A stretch of DNA of 64,000 bases, from assembly GCA_026026165.1 (NCBI GenBank), contig JAPEUD010000053.1, positions 62,001 to 126,000 on the forward strand, written 5' to 3'. This DNA comes from Sarea resinae. Taxonomy: Eukaryota. The position numbers were made by a program, and so were the translations under genes. Positions within the stretch are counted from its first letter, which is position 1; each line of letters opens with the position of its first letter. Under the pieces are notes generated by a model that was not told the DNA's origin, searched no databases, and saw only the letters and a list, made by a program, of their open reading frames with translations. Positions 1 through 12,768 of this stretch are shown piece after piece.

Positions 1-469
1 GTTCTAGACCGAAATGCCAGATACGTTTTAGATTACTGGAATGAAAGTGTACCTATGATATGATTTGATTTGATTTCCAATGCCGATGCCATGAGCATCA
101 CACTCTTACCCGGTTTGTTGAGCTCCAGGGCTGATACGATGGCGCAGGATTGCTTGTGTTGGGCTCTCCCCTTGGATCGAATCAGCCCGTACCGGGTCTG
201 CGTAGCCTCGACGTAGTCGATGACGTTCAAGGCTTTTGCGCATGCGAGCAGCCAAATCCATTCCATCGCCAACCTCGACCTCGACCTTGCTTCCTCCTCC
301 ACTATCCAATCCACAACAATGGCCGGCAACTGGAACATTTCCGATTGACCATTGAAGATCCTCTCGTCTTAATTCGCTTTTGCGGATTACCACCAGTGTC
401 GCGCAAATTCGTTGACGCTCTCTGACCCGCTGCACTTGTTAGAGCGAGTTGAAGTTCAATTCCCCCAAC

Positions 470-1958
470 ATGGCGCACCAGTATTCCCTGCGCGTCACTG
501 CGGGGCCTTCCTATGATCCGAAAACCCATCAGGTCGTCAATGTCAACTCTGCGACCCCGATACATATCTCTCATCCAAACTTCGAGGCTACCGTCAATGT
601 GAGGGTGCAAAACTACAGAGGTAAGCCATTTGCTTTGACGACAATTGGAAGCGCGCGCCCCAAAATCGCCTGCTCTCACCTTAAGACCCCCAAATGATAC
701 GAAAACCATGACGGGAGGCTGATAATTCTTTGTTCTTTTCTGGTACTGTAGGACTTCCCGCCGACTCTCCTAAATCCTCCCCCTACTTCTCCCATCCACT
801 TCACACCTCAGACCAATATTCGCTCGCCTTCTCCTTCGTCTCAAAAGATGCCATCAGCGGCAACGACCTCCTCTTCGGCAACGACTTCGACCACCCCATT
901 CGCGATCGCCTACCCCCAGGTTTCTCAACTGCGTTCCGGTTCGTCAAATGGTGGATCGACCCTGGTTTGGAGGGGGATCCATACGCCGATGAACCATATC
1001 TGTATGGGCCGGCGTTAAGCAGCTTGAATGTCGTAAGAGTGGGCGAAAAGGTCGACAGTCTGGCTTCGAGTGGCATTGGACCGGAGAAGGGTGAAAAGAG
1101 GAATAGTGAGGTTGGTGATGCGGCGGAGAGCGGAGGCAGTGAAGGCGAGGGCGCGGATGGTGACGGTGCGTTGGAAGCCGTCATAGAAGAAGGCGGTGAT
1201 GGCGATGGTGTGGCGCTGCGAGAAGAAAACAATATCCCCGCCGATGCCGCGGCGCGCAAAAAGTACTTTCTCGACGAGAACAATAGGAAAAAGTTCGAGA
1301 TCGAGGCGGGGAGGTTACATCAGGCCGATTTCTTCAATCCGTACTTGGACTTTAATGGTATGGTTCTCGTCATAGTCTCCTTTCGTTCTTTCCGAATGCT
1401 CCTCATTATGCGTGTTTATTTCTTCAATTTCCGGATCTGTTTTATGTTTCAAAGAAGCGAAGAAGGAAAGAGCTGATCCAATTCCAATAGAATTCGCCCT
1501 CCGCCTTCCCGGATTCACGCTCCCGATCATCACACACTGGGACGGCCAACCTCTCCGGTAAGCTTTCTCTCTCATATTTTCAGTCCACCAATGCTTTACG
1601 CCATTTCCCCTTTTCCTTTTCCCAGGTCTATTATCTCTACCCTGCCCTCATACCTCTACATCATCCATCCCCCAACCAAGCAATCTCCACTTCATAATCT
1701 CATCCCCTTCCCATCCCGTTATTGCATTTCATTCCAATCCAATCCATGCGGAGCGACTAACCCTTCCTGCCCGCCCCGTCTGGCGGCGCCGGCGCTGACA
1801 GCTCCCACACGCTTAGATACGTGCTGCGTCATCGCGAGACGAAGCAGCTGTTCTTCTGTGTTCTGTTCTCGCTGATTCCGAAGACGGAGCTCGAGGCCGA
1901 AGAGGCGAGCGCGAGGAAAGGTGGTGATGGCGCCGAGGACGACAATGATGATGATGAT

Positions 1959-2011
<53 letters not shown>

Positions 2012-2144
2012 GGGGGACGAGGAAGGTGGACAGGATGGGCAGGATGGGAAGGAAAAGGAAAAGGAAAAGCAAAAGGAGAAGAAGACGGCTCCGGGTCTGG
2101 ATCTGGATACCAAAGCAGGTGGTGCGGATGACGATCTCGACTGA
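470..2144 (+). CDS. DUF1769-family conserved fungal protein with C-terminal poly-Asp tract; 4 exons (470-620, 752-1357, 1491-1557, 1817-2144)
   Basis: MAHQYSLRVTAGPSYD..., FGNDFDHPIRDRLPPGF, WWIDPGLEGDPYADEPYLYGP, DFFNPYLDFN and WDGQPLRYVLR motifs join in frame across three GT-AG introns. Confidence 0.85.
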
Positions 2145-2329
2145 AATGAGCCCCCACCCCCCCCTTTTTTTTTGTCCTCCTCCGCCCCTCCAATCCCTCT
2201 GCCTTTTTTCCCCACACCCTATCTTCTCCTTGTTTTTCCCTTCACACCACCTCCTTCCCTTGCTACGGTCCGTCTGGTCGTCGGAAACGTCAGCACGTAG
2301 GTATAGGACTAGGAAAAGGAGGAGATGAC

Positions 2330-3230
2330 ATAGGAGTAGGGGTAGAGTACGAGTAGAGTACACTCGATCGTCTGATACTGTGCTGTACTCTACAAACAAA
2401 CAAACAAACAAACAAAGAATGAATGAAAGAAAGAAACCAAAATCTTCTAGCGTGTGAAAAGAAACAGGACAAAACACTACCTACTAAGGTACTTAGTATT
2501 TATCTACTGTTTTCTACTCGAGTCTAGATTCTACCCACTTATATTCTACCTACCTTACCTACTTACCTACTTACCTACCTACATAATCATTATCTACCTA
2601 TCTACCTCTCTCTATATCTAATCTACTAGACTAAACTATATACACACTCATTTATTATTAATTCAGTAAGTAATACAGATGTAGAGCTAGAGGTAATAAA
2701 TAGTAGATAGAAAGTAAAGCAGAGGTTAAGATAAAAGGTAGAGGTGAGAGTAAAAACAAGGTTAAGATTAAAGATAGACGTAGAGGTAGAGTAGAAAGTC
2801 CAGAGCAAGAAAGTGCTTAGAAGTGCTAAGAGCCTGTCAATAGTCTAGTAGTGCGGTGTCGTGTAGTAATACTACCTTAGTTTAGATATAGAACAATACT
2901 TACCTAGGTAGATAAAGCGTAGGACAAAGGTAGGTAAGATAGAGTACCTAAGGGAGAGAGGTATTATAGTAGAGGTTAGAATAGAGAGTGTAAGAGAGTG
3001 TAAGAGAGTGTAAGAGAGTGTAAGAGAGTGTAAGAGAGTGTAAGAGAGAGTATATACTATCTCTTAGTAGGAGTACTATACCTACTATACCTACTATAGC
3101 TACCTACTATAAGTGCTATCTCAACTAGGCTAGAGATATAGAGATGTAGAAATCACTCGAAGAAGAAGAGAGAAGAAAAGAGTGTTGTACTATATAGTAA
3201 CTAAAGAGAGAGAGGTATTTTCATATGTTG

Positions 3231-3292
<62 letters not shown>

Positions 3293-3500
3293 AGCTATAA
3301 TTAAGGTAGGTAGGTAGGTATACTGTACTATACTAGCCCATGCTATACTATACTGTACTATACTAGGCTGCTTCAAAGGTATTATAGGATCTGTTATAAG
3401 ACATATTATAGGATAGAGAAAACGCGGTGATTACGCGTGCTATGCTTTACTGTGCTATACTATACTATCCTATCCTAGGCTGCGAGACACCGAGCTCAGG
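2330..3500. repeat. AT/TpA-rich low-complexity island with SSRs: (CAAA)n, (CCTA)n, 10-mer TAAGAGAGTG x5-6 (2983-3048), (GA)n (3239-3288), (CTATA)n
   Basis: Read directly; TA dinucleotides abundant and CA/TG scarce by eye; no coding ORF. Confidence 0.85.
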
Positions 3501-3831
3501 AAAGGCACAAGAACTTTGAAGATTGTATTTGATTTCTGATTTCATAAAGAGATACTTTTAGATATATCGGCATCGATCAGATGAGGTTGAATCGGATCCA
3601 CTCGATCGACTCTACAACGGAAGAGGACACACACAGAGGGAGAGAAAGCGAGAGAGAGGATCAAGGAGCAGGACTGGAGGACTGAGGTAGATAGATATTG
3701 CACGTAGATTTTTCTCGATCATGGATCATGGATGGCTTGGGTGATGGCTCTTTCGGTATTGGATTCTCTTTTTCTCTTTTTGTCTTTGCTTGGTATTTGT
3801 GGGATAGGGATGAGTTGATTGACTGAAGAAA

Positions 3832-5162
<1,331 letters not shown>

Positions 5163-5208
5163 AGTGAGGCTCAATGCAGCGATGGAAAGCGGTGCAGTGG
5201 TGGTGCAG

Positions 5209-5215
5209 TGAGTCA
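5209..5215. promoter_or_regulatory. Gcn4/CpcA (cross-pathway control) site TGAGTCA
   Basis: Perfect TGA(C/G)TCA about 47 nt upstream of the LYS12 ATG, an amino-acid biosynthetic gene. Confidence 0.6.
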
Positions 5216-5963
5216 AGAAATAAGAAAGAAATCCCAGAGCTGGATGATGCCTGGATGGGGCAACTATGGCCGACTATCGGCGGGCAAGAGTAGCCGAGAT
5301 CGCCCGTCTCGTCCGTCGTCTGGCGCTGCTCGAGAGTACCATGGGGTACCTGGTGGCCCACTCGTGCCACGGCTCCGACTCAGGTACCCGCGCGTTCCGA
5401 CGAGCCACGACCCGAATTCGACGGTTTCCCTGGTGGCTCTGGTGTCCCTTTGGGTCATCACAGAAGGGAACGCACGCCGTCGATGAAAGAGCCATTGCCC
5501 TCATATGACGTGGTCTCATTCTGTCTGATCCTCATCTTCATCTTCATCTGCCTCTTCATCTCTCTGATCCCTTCACCACCGCCCTTCATCCTACTCCTTC
5601 ATCGTCCGTGATTCTTCCCCGCCACTCTCCCATCCCCATCAGCATTCATCCGTTGCCCTTGGATCTCCCTCTGGTGCTGTTCGTCTGTGTGAGTTCCCTC
5701 TTTCTTCGATCCCCCCTGTCTCGGTCCCGGTCCCTGGCTTCGTACTGCGGACTGCGTACTCACTCCCCTCCCTTTCGCTTCCTGTGTTGTGCCCAAACGC
5801 ACGCCCGCTCACCTCCATTCATCTCATTTCCCACCATGAGCCGTCGCTGCTCGCACCTGCAGCCTCCATAATCAACAACCCTTCCCCTCGTAACCACCGA
5901 TGCACTTTCCATCCAGATCTACACTCGGACCAGTCTTGTACTAAGACTGCTTTCTCTACAGCC

Positions 5964-7763
5964 ATGTCCACCAATCGGTCGAGCAGCGGCGTGCGCAACC
6001 TCCGTGCAATGTTTGAGGGCAACAACAACCACGTCAACCACAACGACGGGCCAACTTCCCCGGAGCCCCGCGGTCGCTCGCCCGCTCTGTCAGAGGGCAA
6101 TGGCGTGAACGGCGGTCGGCCCATCTCCAAAGTCCGTGCTAGCTTCGTCTCGGTGGAGAAAAGCGGTGAGATGGGCGCTCAGCTCGGATTGAAGAAGGAC
6201 CACGGGGAGGGTGAGGGCAGTCTCGCGCAAAGACGAAGCAGCTTCTACGCCAATGACCAGAAGAACCCGGAGGCCATCATCGAGGCCAAAGAGACGGTCG
6301 AAAAGGAACTAGAGAGGAGGAAGAGTGTGGCGCCGACATCTCCGGTGCCTGAGATGGCAATCTTGCCCACCCCCGCTGCTACGCCCGCCATCGAGCCTAC
6401 CGAGGCGAACGTCATGTTTGGAAAACAGGCCGAAGATGCGCCAGCGTCTGCAAAGCCGGCCGCTGCAGATAAAGCTCCTGAGGAGATTGCCCTGCCCGGA
6501 GAGAGCACCCCGAAAGCCAACCCGGACAAGCCCACCGCCACGGTCGATGAGAGCGTGTCTTTGCTGCCGTCGGATACGAAAGATGAAGCCGCCGTCTCGG
6601 GAGGAGCTGCCTTGTCTGAGAAGTCAGAGGACCTCAGGGAGAGCCCGAAGGAGGTGACTAGTACATCTGCTTCGACTACTGCTGCACCGACCACCGAGAC
6701 GCAGTCATCCGAACCGACCAAGGCAGACGAGGCTCCATCAACACTGGGGGCGGCTACCGACGGGGCAAATGAGAAGAGCGCCGGAGATGCTCAGGCAAAA
6801 CCCGCAGCCTCCACGGAGAAGTTGACAGAACGTCGGCCTACAGCCATCCATGTCTCCAAGGAGGGCTCTCCTTCAAAGCCTTCTTCCAATTCTTCGTCCG
6901 CAAAGGCCAAGCCCCCCAAAACACCTACCTCGCCAACGAAGTCTTCCACTACAAACAAAAAGCCAGCTCCGTCAAAGCCTGCGTCAACCACCACTGCAGA
7001 GCCTCACAAAGCCCCCGTCAAAAAGCCCAGCAGAGCTTCCGTAGCCCCTACGAGCACGGCAGCATCGGCACCAAAGCCTCGTGTGTCTACCGTTGCGCCT
7101 TCACACAATGTTGCCAAGAAGCCTACCCCAGCTGGTCATTCTCATGATGCCGCACGCCGCCCGAGATCACCCACCAAGCCTGTGCGGGTTCCAGCCGCAG
7201 CTTTAGCCCCTACAGCGTCTTCGGCGGCAAAGACTGGTCCCACCTCACGGTCACCAAGTCGGACAGGTTCTGCCCTTGGCGGCCGTGAGACCTTAGCCCA
7301 CCGACCCAAGCCTGCCGTGGCAGCCAGCAAAGCTCCAACCGTTCGCAAACCAGCATCTCGCGCTTCGCTACCCGCACAACATGCCCCAGCTCCAGAACGG
7401 CCGAGGTCCCGAGTCAGCACTGCAGGATCAGGTGAAGGGTTCCTCGCACGCATGATGAGGCCGACCGCCAGCTCGGCAAGCAAGACACACGACAAGGTCG
7501 AGCCGAAGACTTCGCCGAAGAGAGCCCCATCTGTGAAGCTTGCGAAGAGGAAGAGTGGCGAACCTGCCGGCGAGAAGCCAACCATCAAGCATGAAGAGGC
7601 TGACAAGGAGACTGAGACCTCGAATGGCGTTCGGCCTATCAAGGAAGAGGAACCAGTAGTCGAGGAACAGATAGAAAAGGCAGATCCGACGCCTCAGCCG
7701 AACGGTAAAGCAGAGGCCTCAGAGCCGGCAGGGGAGACGTCCGAAGGTGTTGAGGTACATTAG
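5964..7763 (+). CDS. Uncharacterised intrinsically disordered Ser/Pro/Ala/Lys-rich protein (~599 aa)
   Basis: Long single ORF; ATG in GCCATG context at 5964; motif-like islands GVRNLRAMFE, SKVRASFVSVE, RSPTKPVRVP, GFLARMMRPTASSASK. Confidence 0.75.
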   Translation: MSTNRSSSGVRNLRAMFEGNNNHVNHNDGPTSPEPRGRSPALSEGNGVNGGRPISKVRASFVSVEKSGEMGAQLGLKKDHGEGEGSLAQRRSSFYANDQKNPEAIIEAKETVEKELERRKSVAPTSPVPEMAILPTPAATPAIEPTEANVMFGKQAEDAPASAKPAAADKAPEEIALPGESTPKANPDKPTATVDESVSLLPSDTKDEAAVSGGAALSEKSEDLRESPKEVTSTSASTTAAPTTETQSSEPTKADEAPSTLGAATDGANEKSAGDAQAKPAASTEKLTERRPTAIHVSKEGSPSKPSSNSSSAKAKPPKTPTSPTKSSTTNKKPAPSKPASTTTAEPHKAPVKKPSRASVAPTSTAASAPKPRVSTVAPSHNVAKKPTPAGHSHDAARRPRSPTKPVRVPAAALAPTASSAAKTGPTSRSPSRTGSALGGRETLAHRPKPAVAASKAPTVRKPASRASLPAQHAPAPERPRSRVSTAGSGEGFLARMMRPTASSASKTHDKVEPKTSPKRAPSVKLAKRKSGEPAGEKPTIKHEEADKETETSNGVRPIKEEEPVVEEQIEKADPTPQPNGKAEASEPAGETSEGVEVH

Positions 7764-8411
7764 TATGCGGGAACTCCGTCTGTTTCCTTCGCGCCTTCGC
7801 TTCTACTTTTACCCCGTCTTCATCTAGGGCTCTCGCAAGAGCTCTCATTCTGTTTCAAAGCGACTAGCAAGTGTTCAAAATGCCCAATTCCAACTTCCAG
7901 ATCTTCTTCTTGTTCGTTCCACCCCAGTTTGGTCGTGGGAGTGTGGAGACGTATCGTCCGAAGGGGACCGTTCTTCTTTTCTCCAAGCCTTGGCGGTGCT
8001 ATCGTTTCGCTCAGCCCTCGCATCGAGCACTGGCGTAGAGAAGGAATGTGTTGCCCATCATTGTACTCTAGTTTACCTATCCGACCTCATCTATTACGTA
8101 CGTGAACTCCCAAAGTCAACGTACTGCACTTCACAGTAGAATGCTATATGCAGATGGTAGAGATCACTTGGTTATGACCGTGCCTCTCTGGACCGCAGAG
8201 CGGAAGGTCACAACCCTCGAAAACGGACGAGAAAGCGGTATACCGTTCAATATCCGAACGGAACGTTTCGCACCTTCATCTAAAATACAGTATATAACAA
8301 CTTGCCCAAACGCTCCAATGCGAATAAGTGGCAGTTGTAGCCGCATCCATTGATACCTCTTCCTGATCCTAGTCTCCAGACTTTTCTTCTGTTCCAGACA
8401 CACGCTCCACC

Positions 8412-8915
8412 CTATAACACTCTACAAAGGACCATGCCGCCAATCTTCCTCTCGGCACACTCTCGTGCCTCGAAGATACCCCGATCGGTTGTCACGAAGA
8501 TACACTCGCCCGGCTTCGTCAGCCCCTTCACGTATCCGGCTTCCCTACCCCTCGCAATCTTCCCCAGATCCTCTGAGTTCAGCCATATTCTTTTCGTCGG
8601 CTTCGAGAGCATGCTCATCTTGCTCAGCACGGGCTCATTGTTCCAGTACTTGAGGCCTAGCCACAGTCGCCGCGAGGCAATGTTCTCCTGCGTCACCTTG
8701 GCGTCTTCGGAGTCGACGGAGGGAAACGAGGTGTTGGAGAGAAGTAGGGGTGGCGTAGGTCCGCCGCGTGAGACGGAGGAAAGGAAGCCTTGCGCTTGAA
8801 GCGAGAGCATGAGGGAGAGGATGAGGTTGGTTGACGGGACAGAGGTCAGGCCTAGCCGAGCTTTGGAGGCGTTCTGGAGGTGCGAACACACGTTCGAGAG
8901 AGTGACGAGGGACAT
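8412..8915 (-). CDS. MRPS8: Mitochondrial ribosomal protein uS8m
   Basis: MSLVTLSNVCSHLQNASKARLGLTSVP..RRLWLGLKY..SKPTKRIWL..GECIFVTTDRGIFEAREC..GGMVLCRV, uS8 family; single exon. Confidence 0.93.
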   Translation of the reverse strand: MSLVTLSNVCSHLQNASKARLGLTSVPSTNLILSLMLSLQAQGFLSSVSRGGPTPPLLLSNTSFPSVDSEDAKVTQENIASRRLWLGLKYWNNEPVLSKMSMLSKPTKRIWLNSEDLGKIARGREAGYVKGLTKPGECIFVTTDRGIFEARECAERKIGGMVLCRVL

Positions 8916-9519
8916 ATTGGAGGATGTGAGGGGGGTGTGGAGATGCCGGAAATGGTCGATGCCCCCGTGGGCGCAGATATCCGCGGGGGTTTTCTATTGC
9001 TTTGAGTTCCAGGGGTCGTCACAGAGACAGCTGATCAATTGTTAGGCACGACCTCACTGGCTGATGTTGAGACTGAATGGCGCTGCTTACCTGGGAGGAT
9101 CTGGATATGGGCTCGAACGGACGCTCTGGAGATATTCGGTATTGCTGATGTAGCTTTCAGTAGGAGTTCTGTGAAGCCATTGGTATTCGCGATACTCGCG
9201 AAATTTCATGTTCGGCTCGCGGCAACCCAGCGTTACCCGGCACGTTGCAGAGTGTCCGATCCTCTGTCTTGGACCACATCGATCACCGGTTGATTGGAGG
9301 AAACCCCTCTCTGTAGCCGCCTGAGGGCTGCCCACCAACGGGCCTGCATGCAGCGCCCGCGCATCACACAGAGAGAGGCCTTGAAATATGAATCGAGCCA
9401 TATCTCCCTCTCGGTCCTTTGCTTCTTCTACTAAACGTGATATGCTAATCTAGAAATCTATTTGTTCCTCATCGTGTTCGCATTAGGTCCACCCCTGCGC
9501 AGTGCGCGAGCAAAGTGCC

Positions 9520-11199
9520 ATGGCGAAGTATCCGGAAGAGGAGCTCTTGATGACGCTGTGAGTGCCTTGAAAGACCTGTCTGTGAGCTGCGCTAATCTCG
9601 GTCTGCAGCTATGCCGACGTGCATTATTATTTCTCGAATCCCACTTCGCGACCCGTCCATCATCGATTCGATAGAGAGTCTTATGTTTATCTCCACCGTC
9701 ATACCTCTCAGGGCACTGGGCGCCTCGAGATTGCGAATAATGTCGGAACATCGGAGCAGGATGCTTTTTTTGGCTGTAAGCTATGCCAGGATTGGTTACA
9801 AGGAGCCGTGGGATAGTCATTGACTGAAGCAATATCTTTGGTTGCAGTCCTCGACACTGTCCATCTAGAATATTCATACAAGCATCCTACCCTCGTCACA
9901 TTGACCATCGACGGGCGAGACAGCGGTCATGAGCATGCTTCGACTCCTCCACCCCCTGAGAGCGAGCACGCTTGGTTCCTTCCAGCGCCAGATCGTCATG
10001 GCCAGGGGAGGTATATGTTCAAGATTCGTGTCATTGATATCTATTTCTGGACCGCAGAGAGCGCAACTGAATTCGTGGAAGCGGCCAAGGAGATCCTTAC
10101 GCCGGAGCAGATCCGGCTGCTTCATGCGCCCGCTGCGCCCTCGCATTCACAGCACCAGCACAATATGAGTCCCGTTGTGCGGAAGCTGGAAGAGGCGGCC
10201 GTTTCGGATCGATATCCTCCTGAAGGCGCCCGCGGTGATAACGGTAGTGCAGCGGTTCCATCTTTTGCGCCTCCGCCTCAGAGCATTGCTGCAACGAGCG
10301 ATGAGAGGCCCGCCTCCGAGAGGTCCCCTGTCAATTACACGCCTATTGCATACAATCCGGCCGCCCCAGCTGCTCCAGAGCCGATCCAGTATCGCGAAAA
10401 GACTCCTCCACCGGTGGACGCAGAAGCAGGGACGGGTCTCGCGGCGGCAGCTCTCGGTGAGCAGCTGCAGCAGACGCAGCAGCCGCCGTTCCAGCCCCAG
10501 ACCCAGTTCGCCCCACCACCTACCTTTGGCCCGCCCCAGCCTCAGCAGTCGCAACAGTATTATAGTACTGTACCCCAGCAAGCCAGTCAGCCCTATCAGG
10601 TCCCTCAACAGTCCACTCAGCCCTGTGGTGGACAGTTTGCACAGACGCCGTTGACTCCGTCCTTTGCTCCGCCGCCCCAAAGCCCCGCCCCTGCGTACGG
10701 CGCGCCATACATCACGCCCTCGTTTGCAGCCCCGCCTCAAACGGCAAGTGCAGGGGCGCATTCCTACGGCCACGGCTCTTCAGGCTCGCAGTCCTCCCTG
10801 CCGTACGCCTCGCCATATAGTCAACCACCCCCACAACAGCAACAAAATTACTTCCCTCCGCAAGCATCGCAACATCACCAACGAGCATCAGCCACCTCAC
10901 TCGCATCGGCCTCGCCAGCTTCCAGCTTCACCTCCCCGGGCCTGGCCCACCGAGCCTCGACGCAGTCCCCGCAACAGATCCAAAACCAGGCCGCCGGCGC
11001 CGCCGCCGACCCTTACGACGTGCACTCTCAGATGTACGTGCCCACAGACGACGAGCTGCGCGGCCATCATAAGTCGAAGCGATCGGCCGCGCCGGGCGCC
11101 GGGCCCGGACAGGCGCCGGGCAAACTGGAGCAGAAGGCCGACAAGGTCGAGAAGGGCGTGAATCGGTTTTTGAAGATGTTGGAGAAGCGGGTGGGATGA
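9520..11199 (+). CDS. Conserved-looking fungal hypothetical protein: folded N-terminal domain plus Pro/Gln-rich tail; 3 exons (9520-9557, 9609-9775, 9848-11199)
   Basis: MAKYPEEELLMTL|YADVHYYFSNPTSRPVHHRFDRESYVYL..EIANNVGTSEQDAFFG|FLDTVHL.. joins in frame via GTGAGT..CAG and GTAAGC..CAG introns; C-terminus YDVHSQMYVPT..KVEKGVNRFLKMLEKRVG. Confidence 0.8.
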
Positions 11200-12486
11200 T
11201 GTTGATGTTGATGTGGATGGGATGCTGATGCTTGATGTGACATGCATGCCGTGACGTGACGTGACGTGACGCGATGGGTTGGATTAGGTTGGGCTGGGTT
11301 GAATTGGATTTCGGGTGGATGGCTTTTTTCTGCGTCCTTTGGCCGCGTCTGTATTTGCATGGTCTGAATTCTCTAGGAAATCAATCTCGTGTCGTGTTGC
11401 AAAAATGACTACCATCATCATTATGATTATCATCATCGTTTTTTCTCCTGAATGTTCCTTTGGTTGATTGTTTGTTCCATCGATCGTGCATTCGTGCCTG
11501 AATAACTGGTACGGCCCCCTTTTCTCCCCCTCTCCCCCTCCGCCCCCCGGGCTCTGTTTACCCCCTTTGGCACAGTGTCTTTTGCATCTTTTTTGCTTAT
11601 TTCTGTTTGTCTTTCTTTCTTGTTTGCTTATCTATCTTACCTAAATGACCTACCTACCTTCCTTCATCAGAACCTGGAGCGTAGGACTAAGTACCTAGGA
11701 CCTACTAGTATCTCTCTTCTCTTTCTCTTCTCTTTCTCTCTCTTTTCTCTCTTGCCTTCCCTTCTCTTCTCTTTACTCCCTTCTCTTCTCTCCTCTCCTC
11801 TCCTCTCCTCTCTGTAAGCTAATAAATAAGCAGCCAACAAACAGAGTCCTACCTAAGCAAGCTAACTCTCTCTCTCTATCTCTCTCCTTTATTTTAGATA
11901 CTATCTTATCATCCCTCTTAATCTCTTCATCTCTCTTCTCTATCTCCACATCTTAGAATCTTAGATATACATATATATGTTTTTAGTGAAACCTTATCTA
12001 GTAGGTATAGTAGATAAATATTAGGTCTAGTGAATACCTACCTGACCTACCTTACCTACCTAACCTACCTAGGTAATCAAGGTGTGTGTGCCTGAAACTG
12101 ATTTGTCCTCCTCTAGGTACAGACACGATAAAAAAACAAGACTCTTATAGCCTACCGAATTTGTCTACTAGTATAGGGGTAGAGTAATTACTCTAGAGTA
12201 GCGCTACCTTGTAGTTGAGATACGTTTTTCCGTACTATTTATTACATACTACTATGCGGTGTGGGGTCGGGGGGGTCGGGGGGGGGGTAGGGGTTCTCTA
12301 TTTTTCTGTTTGTTTAGACAAGAAAAGGAGAGGGAACGAAAATAAGAGGAGACGATAGAAGGCAGGGCGGTAGAAAAGCACGAGGGGAGAATAAGGGGAT
12401 TTAAAGTGATAATTCTCTTCTCTTCTCTTCTCTTCTCTTCTTTTCCTTAGGGATTCTGTTTTGTTCTTTGCTATGATTGTAGGCTA

Positions 12487-12517
<31 letters not shown>

Positions 12518-12620
12518 TTGCTTTTCTAGGCAAGGGTTTTAGATCTCTCCCTCTCTCTCTCTCTCTCTCTTTCTCTCTTTCTCTTCATGCTTATCATTCT
12601 CGTCATACTTCTCATTCTCA
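11200..12620. repeat. Low-complexity/SSR island: (GTGAC)n, (CTCCT)n, (CCTA)n, (TCTCT)n, (CTTT)n, (CT)n, G-runs; TpA-rich core ~11630-12260
   Basis: Read directly; lies between two convergent genes. Confidence 0.8.
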
Positions 12621-12768
12621 TCCATACCCGGCCCAAACACGCTAACCGGTCCCTTCCACCCATGCTCAAGCCATCAACAATGTAACATTACGCGCCCAAC
12701 AAGACAGGGACCAAGCACACCAATGCAATCCAGACTCTCAGCCGCCCCAGCCACTCCACCCGACTTCC

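Noticed and set aside
1..340. Minus-strand ORFs with a GTAAGA..ATAG intron-like segment at the window start
   Set aside because: Splicing in any of the three frames meets stops; no recognisable protein
1719..2477. Long antisense and alternative-frame ORFs over the poly-Asp region, and similar shadow ORFs over GC-rich CDSs
   Set aside because: Artefacts of triplet repeats and high GC opposite real genes
2983..3048. 10-mer tandem array as CRISPR or telomeric repeat
   Set aside because: No spacers, eukaryotic context and not TTAGGG-like; a simple minisatellite
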